DNA of 64,000 nucleotides from Lingula anatina (taxonomy: Eukaryota; Animalia; Brachiopoda), in assembly GCA_051362555.1 (NCBI GenBank), contig CM120648.1, positions 6,258,587 through 6,322,586 on the forward strand. The letters run 5' to 3'. A model generated the notes under the pieces. It saw only the letters and a list, made by a program, of their open reading frames with translations, was not told where the DNA came from and did no database searches. Every line of letters begins with the position of its first letter. Position 1 is the stretch's first letter. A program made the position numbers and the translations under genes. Positions 41,801 through 55,346 of this stretch are shown piece after piece.

Positions 41801-44685
41801 AATGATACAACGAACGGCTACTGCTCATCTTTCCTGTCTTTTAATTGGTGCACCTGCGTGCAAAAACTCGTTAAAGAAAACGTTCCCGAGCTGTGTTGGC
41901 TTAAATAACCCTATTTTCCTGTCGAATAGCCCTTTATCACGTCTGAATGGCATTTTACTCCCTTTTTTATTTTATGGAATCACTTCCGTACGCCAAACAT
42001 TGAACTATCTCTGGAGATGAAAAATAAATGTTAAAGTGGGTTTTAACGAAATGTGCAAAAATGAAACGTATCAAAAAACGCGTTTTACGTATAGTGGACA
42101 TGATATAGAGCAACACAAGCCTTGAGGGCCTTAAAAAATACACAAACGCGTCCTCGTTACGAAACTCTCCTACCCAAAATAAACAAGACGTCGCGTGCAC
42201 TCCTCTGGACGCTTCTAGCCAAGAGTTCACGGGATGGATACCACTTGTACCACAGAAATGGCGAGAAGTCAAGACAAAAATAAGAATCTGCGCTTTTTAT
42301 TTACAAAAACCTTTATTTGATCTCTATTTTCTCAACTGATTAATGTTAGGTCTGCCTTGGTATCCATGTGAAAAATAGACAAACTTGAAGGGAATATTCA
42401 TATTTTTATAAGTGTCTAAATCGGTAAGACCCGCTTCAACGTTAAATTGACATAAACCTAGTTACATTATACGTATTTTCATTAAGCTTAAGTTCCAGCT
42501 ACATTATTTTAAAGTGGTTTTTAACGCATTACATCGATTTATTGGTATGTTATGAAGCTACTTGTTATTATATTATATAATTGGGAACCTGTATGTACTG
42601 AATGGGACAATTCAAGATGACGGTTTTCCGTTCTGCTGTGTTCTTGGCATTTCTGTCTAAAACTGACATCCCTTATGAGATTACTTATCTAAAACAGACT
42701 GGAATATATTATTGTCCCTTATGATTTCGTGATACTGGATTACACTGTGTGTACTAAGAATTTCAAATATCATATCTTGACGTAAATGCTATTATTGTTT
42801 ACCAGGGAGCTTCGTGTTTTTCTTGACGTAAATCGCCAACATAAGATGGCACCTGGGGTGTGAAGAATTGGAAAGAATAATTGCCTCTGTGAATAAAACT
42901 TGTATTAATTGTATCGAATTTATCAGGCGAGTTCGGTTGGGCGGGGTTTGCACCAGGCACAAGATCTTTTGATTTATCATTTGAGCACAGTGCAGAAAAA
43001 TTGGTAAGCCAAGGAGATGATATCCCTTTCCACCGTCCCCTTATATGTTTCTCTCTTTTATCAACAATAACCGCCAGTGGTTCACCTGTTCATCAATGTT
43101 CGTCTTTTTCAAAATGTTATCACCTAACAGACCATCACAAATACACTTTGAGTTAAAACAAAAACGAAATTCACACACTACTTTCGGCAACGTTAAATCT
43201 TTTTTATTGCGTTAACCCGCTAGCTGAGCGCGTAACTGATGAGTGTACCGGTCCCAGTCCCGAAAGCATGCGTTTGTTCTTAGCTAGGTGGCTTGACTTG
43301 TCGTTTGTGCCAATTTCACCAAAAGCATGTTTTTGTCGTGCAACACGCTTTTAGCCTACAGTGATAAAACGTTAACGCACGCATGTCATTGAACATTCAT
43401 TTATGCATTAATTCTGACAAACGCTTTATTTCTGTCCGCGGGTGGCGCAAGAGAAAGCAACACGGTGAAATATCGCAAAATAATATGGTTACGAGACCCC
43501 AGAAAGCATTCCTCACGGAAGCTTTTGTACTTCATACCCACAACTAATTAAAATCTAACCATTATGTGAGACAAACACTAGATGAAAGTGCAATTATAAC
43601 TGCTCGCTGGCCTCCCGGAAGACGCGTCATTGCAATCACAGCGGATTATTTGACGTAAAACTAATGCCTTCCCACCGGATGTCGGCAAGAGACCGAAGCG
43701 TATTAACGACAAATTGAAGTCCTCCGTCCTTTTGAGTGCCGTTAATTACAAATCGGAACGCGTGAAGAGGAACAAATTGCAATTTATTTTTTGTCTCTCT
43801 CGAATTCTCATTACATTTAGAAAACACTACGCTGATGATTCAAAGAGAGATTTCAACTAGAACCGATTGCATTTCGCTGTAGTCACCAGAGACGAAGGCA
43901 CACTTCCGCTGACTTAAAGGCTAACAACGTCTTTGTCCTGTTTGTCAATAATTGTCCACGGCAACGCAGTTCTAAAAGGCAATTTCATTAACCTAAATGC
44001 CAAACAACTTAAAGACCTTTTCAAAATTCAATTTTTCTCCAAAAATTGGCAATTGGGTTGTTTGAAATGGATATTTGAGAACACGTCCGCATGCGTCTAA
44101 TAAGTGTGCAGCAAGACCAATGTGACCTTTAAGTGGTGATTAAGTGCACTTAATGTTTTTGTATAACCTAAAGGAATTCGCAAACGCAAAACTTTAAAAA
44201 AAAAATTACAGCCCATATCACTTCCATGCCAACATTTACGCAATTCAATAATATTAACAAATGAAAGTTTAATAATAAGACTAATCAACGCCTGATCGTA
44301 TTCCTGCTCGGTCCAAATGTTTTAGATAATTAAAGAAAAGTAGACTGCACTGCCCCTTGCAGAGACTGCGGTAGAATTTTGACCAACAGACAAATACAGC
44401 CTCTGCCTTCTGTTGTGTATTGTATACCTAACGCCAGGAAAGAACCTAATCTGAAATTTGGTTTTAACCTAATGGCCAAAAACCTTAATCTGTTGCATCT
44501 GCCAGCGAGGATTTATCAGTGCACATGCAACCACAAAATGATGCTGGTTCCATAGAAAAAATGGCTCATTTCTTAGATTGGCATTGGCTATGTTTTAAAG
44601 GATAACTGCAGATTTATCTAGGCTGAATGTAAACCACAAATGTCGATATTAAGCTAAACCGACTCTGGTCTTCCATTTGTGAACA

Positions 44686-44908
44686 CAGGTCCCGGTTTCA
44701 CACACACACACACACACGCACACGCACACACGCACACACACACACACAAAATAAATAAATAAAAAAGTAGGTTCCCTTACTTAAGTCTGTTACCAACGAT
44801 ACACGGACACATCTTACCCTATCAGGAACAGTATTAGAGCACTCTCATGAAAATCCTAGTCAACTAAACCATAGTACTGACTTAATTTTTTCGTGAAACT
44901 GGGACCAG
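44686..44908. mobile_element. MITE with internal (CA)n
   Basis: TIRs ggtcccggtttcac / gtgaaactgggacc. Confidence 0.55.
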
Positions 44909-46507
44909 GGATTTTTTCAGGTATGCGCGTGGTCTGTATCTTCGGCTACTACAGGTAGATCTTCCTTAATCCGGGTCATGGGAAGCCAGTAAAATTCGAA
45001 TATGATCAAGTCCAATAACAAGGAAGTCATTTAAGAATTCATTTAGCTCGAGACAAATTTGCCCAAACTTTGTGTTCGGCTCAACTGGAGGTCATCAAGA
45101 TTAATGGTAGCTTACAGATTATAAAGGCAAGCTTTCTGTAAATATTCTTGATTTAAAATCTTATGAAGGCTCGGCCAACTGACAGCTACCGAGTCGTCGA
45201 CATTTCAATCCCTTGTTTGTTCATTTTTTTAATGAAAATCAAATTGCACTCACCTCCACTAAGACGTCACGCTTTTGCCTTTTTTGATTTTTCTTTTAAT
45301 TTTTTTAGCAACCTTATTCAAAAGGTTACGGGCGGATGGGTTAACATGGGACCGATCTGATATTGATAATTATCCATGATTCATTAAAAATTATAATTCA
45401 GAGAACTGAGCTGCCACGGCGGAGGTTCACTCTCTTTGGGTGCTTTTCTGCTCTCTTATATCTTCCCGGATTTTCATTGCATTCGAACTACCTAAAAATT
45501 CACACAAAACTAACTTACCCTTCAACGTTAGGTCAACTAAAAAGGTGGTGTAACGGAAGATCCTAAAAAAAAATGTGTACTCCTCAGTCTTCTTGTCAAA
45601 ATCTTAAGTTCATCATCTACAACGAACACGGAGACAGCGCTTCCAATCTCAGCGGACACCGAGGAAAACTAATCCATTCAAAGCACTGGTAGTTCTCTCG
45701 ATCCGCAGAACAAATCTAAATGCAAATCAGTGTTCGAATTAAAGGCCCAATCCGACTGCTACATGCACGATGCGGAAGTGCCTACTGGGCAATTAAGCGA
45801 TTGGGCATCTATAGATGCACACGTGGTCATCACAACCAGTCTCTCTCTCTCTCTCGCTTTCCTCTCCCACTGAAATACGTGTGGCCCTCGCAAAGCATTC
45901 TCTATCCGTGCACCAAATCAAATTGAAAATCCGTGTAAATAAAAAGACCCGAACCGACAGAAAAATTACTTGTTCAAGCTGCGCCGAGATAAGTTTCCCT
46001 TTCCATTACGAATTAACTGCACGCTCCACGATAGAACAAAAGCACAATCTATCAGCGTCAAAGGGAAGCTATTGTGTCACTTGAAAAACACACGGGTGAT
46101 GTATGAGCCAGGAAGATATGGAGGGAAAAACAACTGCGGCGGATTTCAAAGAGAAGGTCACCGTTCAGGCGCGTCCCCACGCGCTGCATGGGTATTATGT
46201 TCCTGTCGTTCTTCATTTTGCTGCCGACTCCTGTTCACCTTTTCTGAAAATATTTGCCTATGAAATATGTATTCGGATTTCTTGAAATTGGTCGAAGGAT
46301 GCGTTTCGTCTGTCTGCCTATAATCCCACTGTTATGCTTTCAATAAGAGACGCAATCCCATGATCGTTCAATTTTTGTAAGGGTATACATATAAGCGCGC
46401 TTGTTTTGAATTCATATTTGTATTTCATCAAAATCTAAAGGCGTTTTTTAGTCTTTTAATTACATCAGAAAGTACCTTTGTCTAAGCATCTTATAGGCCT
46501 TTCTTTG

Positions 46508-46891
46508 TCGCCCCCTAGCGTCAGCACAATGAACACGTGGGCAAGTTAACTGAGGGATACTACAGTCTCCCTAGCGTCAGCACAATGAACACGTGGGCGA
46601 GTTAACTGAGGGATACTACAGTCTCTTTAGCGTCAGCACAATGAACACGTGGGCGAGTTAACTGAGGGATACTAGTTTCCCCAGCGTCAGCACAATGAAC
46701 ACGTGGGCGAGTTAACTGAGGGATACTACAGTTTCCCCAGCGTCAGCACAATGAACACGTGATCGCGAGTTAACTGAGGGAATCTATAGTCTCCCCAGCG
46801 TCGGCACAATGAACACGTGGGCGAGTTAACTGATAGGATACTACAGTCTCCCTAGCATCAGCACAATGAACACGTGGGCGAGTTAATTGAG
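46508..46891 (+). repeat. Minisatellite, ~6.7 copies of a 54-58 bp unit, each with CACGTG
   Basis: Units start at 46516, 46572, 46628, 46682, 46738, 46796, 46853. Consensus yagcgtcagcacaatgaacacgtgggcgagttaactgagggatactacagtctccc. Confidence 0.95.
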
Positions 46892-48134
46892 AAATTGTCC
46901 CTGCTCCCACCTAGTATGCTTAAAACTACATATGTCCTTGAATGCTTCTTAAAACTGTCAGCCTTAAACGGACCAGAAATTTTAACTATTTTAAAGACAT
47001 CTGTTTATTATTTAAAATTGAAGACTACTTTTCGCTCAATTAAGCTCAAATCCCGACACTGAATACTAAAGTTTGGTCAATTTAAATTTCATACTGTCGG
47101 GCTGTCAAAGTTCCATTGCTGAAATTGCCATGCTCTGTTCCTGTAAACAGAATTGACATTGACATACCCCGTACAAAAGCTCTTTAGCCTTGGGAGCGAA
47201 AACTACATCGAACCTATTTCAGTTAGAGTCCAATATTAAGAGCAAATCAAGAGAATTGTCGCGTAAGTTCCTGTAAACAGTCGGTAAACTCGACACCCTT
47301 AATATTATAACTGAAAGGACATTTCATCCCTCCTCTTATGTCCTGAAAACCAACAGCAACATTCAATATATCATTTCCTCCAGGACAAGTCATCCTAATG
47401 CAGTTATATCAGTTGACAAGGATGTAGCAATCACAGTGCTTGAAGTTTGACATTTCATTCAAAGTTTAAAAAAAATATGTATAATAGGCACAAATAACTA
47501 GAAACGACGGCAGTGTATCAGAAAGCTGTGAGCAGTAGAGAATTGCTCCCCCCTTTTTTATGGGACGGGTGGTGGTATTTACCCTAATATTTAGCTGTAA
47601 ATAGGCCGTTGAATCGGCTACCGCGTTTTGACTGATTAGGTCTACAAATCTCCGCGCCTATTACGAAGCAATACAGAGGTACTCTAAGCACATTTGGGAA
47701 ATTAAGGTTAAATCAAGTGATGTATGATACCCGCCCTGAGCGCGAAAGAGCTTTACGTGGCATCAGCACTATGTGCAGTATTTGACGTCAGCCTTTGATC
47801 ACGTGGACGGCGATTTCGTCACACCAGGTTTAGCAGAGAGATGAAAGAAATAACGTGTGGTAAAAATTCGTAAATAATTCACAATACGTTGACTAACGAG
47901 ACCTTTGAAACTGCTCGAGACTCTGTAACTTTATAAACTGAACATGGATTCATTTATGGCTAACTTGATGAGAAAACTAAGACAAAAATTAATTTATATT
48001 CTATGAATAATCAAGTAGGAGGCATTTGGTCTCAAATTGTTATTCATTGTTCTCCGTGGAGAAATCATGACAGAACAAAGGGCAGTTGCAAAAACAGCAG
48101 AGAGTGAATTACCGATACTGTTTTTCCTTTGGTG

Positions 48135-48533
48135 CCGTTGTTACAGGAATGGTAGTCCGCCAGGAATCGCAGTCCGTTCCCCCATTACTTTGTACAGGTG
48201 ACATTCGTCCCATATACTAACCCCAATACTTCAACTAATCCAATCTTCTATAAGACCATTCCCACATATATTTAGATCGATCTATCCCCCTGACGAGACT
48301 CACTAGATTGCTGTCAGCTTAACCGGCTTAAATGTCTGTCCCGTTTACTAAAAGCTGTAACAGGGTAATTAACTTTTGTGCGCGCTCGGCTCCCCGAAGC
48401 TGACAGCAGGAAGCTGAACCCCAAGGAGTTAGGTCGATCCAGATGGATCGATCTAAATCTGTGGGAACCCAGTCTATTAATCATATGGGAGCTCGGACTC
48501 CTATTCCTAAGACTTGCATTCCTGTCACACCGG
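48135..48533 (+). mobile_element. Unclassified non-autonomous element with CCGGTGTGACAGGAATG-type TIRs (host of the nested MITE)
   Basis: ccgttgttacaggaatgg...cattcctgtcacaccgg. The 5' part matches 38144-38260 and, reversed, 32692-32855. Confidence 0.65.
48252..48474 (+). mobile_element. Diverged family A MITE nested inside a CCGG-ended element
   Basis: Internal sequence aligns with family A. TAT on both flanks. Confidence 0.75.
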
Positions 48534-50088
48534 TAAGTGAGACGCAGGGTGTAATGACATCGCTGCTGGAGCGTGACAGTTGCTCTTGGATGTGGGCAAA
48601 GTGATTGATGACTTGGAGAATGGTTCGCGTAGAGGGAATTAAACGACGGTGTCGTTAAATTAGTTAATCTACGCTACGGTGTCAACACAGCGTGGGATTG
48701 TGCATTAAAAGGAAGCACACAAAGTTGCCGCCATGGGGAGGGTTGAGCGTGTGGAAAATTCAAATATGTGATAAGTTGTCGTCCTTTAGCTGTTGATGTC
48801 TGTTTGTGAATTCCTAACAGTACGTCGTATAAACAACCTAGACGTATACCCCAAATGTATGAAAAGGGGGAGGGGGGCGCTCTTTTTGGTCGCACAATAT
48901 TTCCTCTAAATGTAAATTTTACTATCCGTGTTTGTAAATGTCCCAAAGTCATATTTCCTTCATATATTTTTGTCTTAATATCTGTTTGACAAAGGTAATA
49001 ATCGTTCCCAATTCAGACATTTAAAATCATGCCCCCCTCCCCCAATTAAAGCACCTGATGTCGTTATTTTCTTCTGAAATGTACAGGAAAACAGGGCATC
49101 TGAATTCCTGGGCAGTCATTTAGAAATGAATCATTTAATTAATTATCTATATATTCAAATAATCGTATAAATCTTCGAATTCAAATGTAGGATCAAAGAT
49201 TCGTGTGAAGGAAAAAAATTTTGAGGATTTTCGATGTAGGGGGAAATGCCGTATAGGTTGCCTTAAATAATTGTGACATTTCCGAAGAGTATATCTCTGC
49301 GTCGTCAGACCCCCTTAAACATCTAAAAATAGCAGACAAATACAGTTAAAAAATATTACTTGAAAACTGGCATACAACACAGGCCACTCAGTTGAACACT
49401 AACATAGTAAAAAACAGCTGTGTCTCCTACAGTGTTTTATTCCGGAATTGAATAGATAGAAATATTAAGTTGATACCGCCCTTTTATACAATGGAAAAGA
49501 ATCCAAAAAATGTTTTAATACTGTATTATTCGTTTACGTTTTGACCAATTTTAAAACGGGCTACATGTAGTACTGGCACTAGAAGGCTTTCGCACAACAC
49601 CAAAGACAAACATTTCTGCATAAGGTATTTTTTCATCACCACTCAAATAAGCATTTGATAATTTAGAGGGTAAATAAGTCCATTACGAAAAGAGTATCAT
49701 TTGGTTGATATTATCAGGGAACCTTGAATGGTTTTTACATTACTCTAATTGATGAAGGTAGGCACATAGAGTACACTGATGTTCTCTGTAGTCAGGTGTC
49801 TGTTCTTCTCATTTATCTTCCTCTAATCTGGCGGATATAAGAGGGCATAAGGGACATGTACTTCCCGCTTAGGCTAACTAAAGATGTTATTTAAAAAACG
49901 AACATGCTGATCGGAGCTAGGTTTAAAAAGATTCTACCTACTGTTTGGAAAATTAAAACAGCCAGTTACTTATGTCAAGTACGGTTTTAGTTTAAATCAT
50001 CCTGGACTAAGTCTGCTTTGCTTAAATCATCATGGCACTTTAATTTTCTCCGCGCCTTTTCTGTACTTACCCGGTAGACCTACCCTCT

Positions 50089-50140
50089 ACCAGGGCGACA
50101 GATTGATTTTCACAAGATATTCACAGATATTTCTTTAGAT
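50089..50140 (+). repeat. Dispersed CAGGG-starting repeat end (also ~54427-54475 and ~62252-62303)
   Basis: accagggcgacagattgattttc...agatattcacagatat occurs three times with minor changes. Confidence 0.65.
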
Positions 50141-50300
50141 AAATAGACAGTCATTTCATTCTCTGGCTTTTTAAAAATTTCCCTTTAATATATGCCCCCC
50201 ACTCCCCACCAGAGGGCAGGGTAAACCTACCGGTATATCTGATGAATTCGTGCCCTCTGATATCAGGGCTTCTAAAATAGTAAACCAAATAAATGTATAA

Positions 50301-50516
50301 GGGCGCATTCCCATAGATTTTAGATCGATCTATCCCCGTGGGGAGTCTCACTAGATAACTGTCAGATAATCCGGCTTAAATGTCCGTCCCGCCTACTACA
50401 AGCTGTAAGGGGGTAATTAACTTTTGTGCCCGCTCGGCTGACAGCTATTTAGCGTGAACCCCCAGGGGAGTTAGGTCGATCTCGTTTGGATCGATCTAAT
50501 CTCTGGGAATGGGGTC
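50301..50516 (+). mobile_element. MITE family A (PIF/Harbinger-like), 216 bp
   Basis: TAA on both flanks. High identity to 57920-58134. Confidence 0.85.
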
Positions 50517-53500
50517 TAAGGCCCCCGCCCCGTCCTCCGTTACGCACACTTACAACTACCCCGCCCCTATCCGCCCCTCAAACGTTGGCTCAGCATCAGA
50601 AGATTTTGCGTTGTTGGGCGCCAAAGAGCAATCAATACCCACAAATCCCCACAATGTATCTACTTGGACAAGACCCTCACTGTTTGCTCACTACTTCTAC
50701 AACATGGTACATATAGGGCTGGTCTCAATATGTTCTTTTTCTAACATTTTTTAATTTTCATAAAACTGTGATTGGTCTGAGCGAACTGGTTCTGAAACTG
50801 GACCTTAGGGCAATTTCGGTGGATTAATATATGTCACTATTTCAGAGTTTACGTTTAAGAACTCAGCAGTTCAACTTTTTCTTTTGCAGAATTTGGTGAT
50901 TACGACATGAAAATAAAGGGATGAAAAATAGGACTCGAAATTCGTCAAAAGCGGGAGAAGTACATCTGTTTGCAAAGTAGGCTATATTTCATTCAAGTGC
51001 ACACCTGCTTCCAACTGCACTTTTATTCGCGCGTTAGTGCTTACCACGTCGCGTGTGCTCCTTTGAGTTTCCCGGGGTTGTGTTCAAATACGGATTCGAA
51101 ATTAATAAAATTTTAACTACCCATTGCAAAGATTCTAGCACTACCCAACATTTATTTGAACTATCAAAGCTCGTATATATACACACAGCATAAAATACAT
51201 GAACAAAGCATAAAAGTTTTACATTTATGGAATCGTGCTGAGCGGATACTGGTTTGTTTACAATAAGGAACGTTGTTGCCTTTGAGATCATATAGGACTT
51301 GCCCGTCTGAGTGAATCTAGCTTGACCTGTACCTTCTTTATCGATCAGCAATTATGATTTTCTCATTTATCATACTTGACATTTTAAGGTGTAAAAACAC
51401 ATAAGGATGAATAGGTTCCTTACCCTCGAGTGGCATTTCAACATCTTTATCTATGAGAGAGAGACGAGATTGAAGGTCGAGTTGAATCATCTGTCCAACA
51501 AGAAGAACATCGTACCTGGCAATTCTGATGAATATTGACTAATGTAATCATTCTCTGGTTAATAGTTCAGGGTAGGGTGTTGGAAATACCAAATACTTTG
51601 TCAGCGTCGTGCTAAAACTGTGCAAAACCAGCGGATATCAGGGACTGGATTTGGGTGTCGAATGGCAGATTTACCAAACTCCTCAAAGATATTTCAGTTA
51701 TAGATATTAAATCTTGTAGTCGTTATTACCCTAAATGACAGGTTTTTAAGGTATGAATCTGTGTTTACATATACCAGCAGCTGTTGAAAGTTTCAAAATT
51801 GAAGACACATTGGCAGAATTTTCTCTGTCATCAGAGTTTGCTTACTTACTGCAATTTGGGGTTAAGGTGGAAGGGAAATATACACATATATACTAACATT
51901 TGGATCTGGCATGCTATTTTATACAGTGGTCGGTGTCCGTAATTTTCAGTCCAAATATATGCCTATACATATCTTATATGAGCAACAGCATATTGGTTCG
52001 TTTTTTTATTTCCACCATTGACGGTTTTACTGATTTAATGTAGATTTTGCAACATTTTTTATTCAAAAGCTCTAGTCACAGTCATTTGTAATTGGTGTTT
52101 AATTGGTTTATCTACTGGACAAAATATGCAGATATAAGTACAGACTTTTCAACAGAGAGATTGCAAAGACATTTTGAAATTTTTGAATTTTTGACGGGTA
52201 CAGGTCAATAAGAGGTCAACCGGTTCCATGTAGCTTTTAAAGACGTGTTATCAGTGCTATTTCTTGTCAGAAAAATATTTACACTGAACGCCCGGATATA
52301 CAACCTAGGGGGGATGATTGTGGGCGTTGTTTGCCTGTGATATCCTGACAGCTTTTACGTCACTAAAAACGCGGTCAGATGTTTTTCAACAAGATACTTA
52401 ATTGCTAGTCGAATGATTTGCTAATTGGGGGAAAGGCTGGGTAATTGTGAATCTTGACGTTGGTCGTGATTATAAACATTTTCATTTCAGTTGTGAAATT
52501 TACATGTATAATGATCTGATATAGATTTTTAGACTCTGAAAATGTGTTTTTATTTCAATTTAATTGTTTTTACCAATTTTAATAAATTTCTATTTAAGTT
52601 TTTGGTTGTTTAATGGCCAAGCGAGAGAAAACGTTATCTCGTTTTTTAGAACAGCTTTTTTTACGTGATCATTTGACATTCTTTCTCACAAGATCAGTTG
52701 TTTGCAAAGGCACGACTGTCGTCTGCACAGCGTTCCGATCGGTTTAATGAAAATTTGCCCGGCTTTAACATTGGGAAGCAGGCGCTTGGCGTTAACCCCC
52801 GTAGAATGTAATTTCTATAATCCGTGTGTTGCTGGATAATCACTGAGTGTATATGAACCAAGATGGCATCTATGCTGTAATAATGATTGACAGGGAATCT
52901 TCAGTGGTCTTTTTTTTTTTTGGGGGGGGGGGGTAATAACGTTGTTAGCAGTTAGACAGGATATTGAATCACTGGCGAGAGCGTGGGCGATTTCTATTGG
53001 CAAACCGTTATCGAATATTTGATTGTGTATAATTCTCTTCGTGCTGGAGCAAAATTAACCCTATTAAGTTCATGCCGCGGGGTAAAACTATCTCAAAATA
53101 CCGCCATTAAGCACGGCTTGAAACACACCTGCCCCGCGGATATCGTTAACGAGGACTTAAATATGCGCAATCATGCGTTCATGTTACGATGATTGTTTCA
53201 ACGTTTGAGAGCATTAAACCGCGTTTCTACTGGCCCTAAATCAACCGACCAAATCACAGAGAGACATCGACGTTTTGCCTTATAGTTAGTCGCCTGGTGC
53301 CGCGAGTTTGGCCAATTTAATTTCCGGTCTGAAAGGTATCTGTGTGAACATATTTTTAAGACCGGTAAAGAGAAGCAGGTGCATTGCAAGAATTGCACAA
53401 AAGACGGAAAAGAATGAAAAACAAAACTCGAAAAGGTAAGCGACCATGAAAATATAAACTCGAAGCGGACATTTTGATTAATGTTACATTTCCGCCCCAA

Positions 53501-53701
53501 AACAACGCTGTATTCATTGGGTTGCATTGCAATTTCTTTACAAGACAACCGAACTCGGCACGGTGCGGCTGACATTCAAGGCTACGTCTGCAACTTTGTT
53601 TACTGTTCGTTTGAAAAAGTGTCTTTATAGAGAGAAACTCGACATGAATGCAGTTGCATTTTAGAAGGAAAGCGGAAAGCGGCAGTCAGACACATATCAT
53701 T

Positions 53702-54170
53702 GAGTGCATTTTGAACAGATGATCCGCGGACTTAAAGATCCGCGGACTAAATATGGCAGACCCGACATAAAATAAGAGCCAACTAATCCGCTAATGGTAT
53801 CTTTGCCCCCACATGCGCCATTAAACGGATTTAATCATGGCTCCGAGGTTTAATTCCTAGACTCCTGCAGGTATAGCGTGTGTGCAGGCGGGAAGACCAT
53901 CAGCGAATTAGTCGGCTGTGCTTTAATGTTGGTCGGCAATATTTGATCCGCGGATCTGTTAGTCCTCAGAACAATTTGTGCCCCATTCAGAATAGGGGAC
54001 TAACTTGTCCGAGGGCCAAATATGGCCAACCCCCTTGAATACTTAAACACGGGATATCTATTCAGTGCCTATTAGCGGATTAGACGGCAAGCTTTGTAGT
54101 GGCTCGCCATATTTGACCCTCGGACTAGTTAGTCCCCTTTTCTGAATGGGGCCTTGTTCTGAATGTCCTC
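53702..54170. mobile_element. Family B MITE carrying a second related MITE (53979-54153) inside its right TIR
   Basis: Outer element is flanked by ATT/ATT. Inner element has TIRs gccccattcagaa / ttctgaatggggc and TTG/TTG flanks. Removing the inner copy restores the outer TIR. Confidence 0.8.
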
Positions 54171-55127
54171 ATTAAACAATTCCTGGAAATAAGAAGTTGT
54201 TCAGTGTTCCTGTGGCGGTGGCTCTGCTGCTTAGATTTATACTGTTATAATGTGCATCTCTGAAGATACATGTTATAGGTTCAACTAATTTTACACAAAA
54301 AATGCAAATATTTCTATTATACATATAAGGCAACTAAAAAATTACGATGCATTGAAATGTCTGATATATCCATGGGCACATGCTCTTCTGTTAGAAAATG
54401 CACACCGCATCATGAGCAGACCCTGTACCAGGGTCACAGATTGATTTTTCAATAGATATTCACGGACATGTCTTTGTCTAATTCATAGCACGACTCTCTG
54501 CTGTGAGATGTGCACTGGAGAGAAGTGCACATAATTAAGCTGCGGCCCTGGAAGAGAGTACCATGAGTGTAAGGAGCCACAAGAATATTTTTTTAAAACT
54601 TGACTTAAAAGGATCAATTTGAGGAATGTGTTACCCTTTTTTCACTTATCTTAAATATTTTTTTCTGAAAAAAAAAAAGTGAAGGACACTAAACCATATG
54701 CTTTTTTAAAGGCCGCATACATGTACATGTACCAACACGGTGAATCTAATCTCTATATTGACGGACTGACTGCAACCCCTTTGAAAATGATTCCGCTTTC
54801 TACATGGACCAGAGCTGCAAGTAGACAAATATGCGAATGCATGCGTTCTGGGACATGGAGATTTATCGAGTCACATCTGAGGAAAAAGGAAGAACGAACT
54901 CGATGTGGTACAATTCATTAAGTTACGGTTTAATGATGTTTGCGTTTTTTACAAGCAGTGATCAAAGCAGCGCCGACTGTTCCTTAACGTGTATCGCAGC
55001 GTGTAGCCATGGCGGTACGCTATCTCATGAATATATCTACCTTAAGATGTTAAATGAAACTAAACCCTGGACGCAAGGCGTCTTTTTTGTTATCGAATAG
55101 AGATAGACTAAAGGCAGTTTCGGAATA

Positions 55128-55346
55128 CCCCCTTTACACTGGACGGCGTCCTTTCTGCGTCCTCTCTGCGATCATGAAATTTGGCAACGCTGTGGTCTTA
55201 ATAAGGAGGCACGAGCATTGAATTTGTATCAGAATGAATGCTCAATGATCAGCCAGTTGTCGGCACATAAGGTATTATCATTTTTTAACTCTCAAATGGG
55301 GCCGTACTGCTGGACGCAGAAAGGACGCCGTCCAGTGTAAAGGGGG
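55128..55346. mobile_element. MITE with perfect 35-bp TIRs (Harbinger-like CCCCCTTTACACT ends)
   Basis: 55128-55162 is the exact reverse complement of 55312-55346. Confidence 0.8.

Noticed and set aside
46508-46891. CRISPR-like array
   Set aside because: Units are contiguous near-identical repeats with no unique spacers, there are no cas genes, and the context is eukaryotic.
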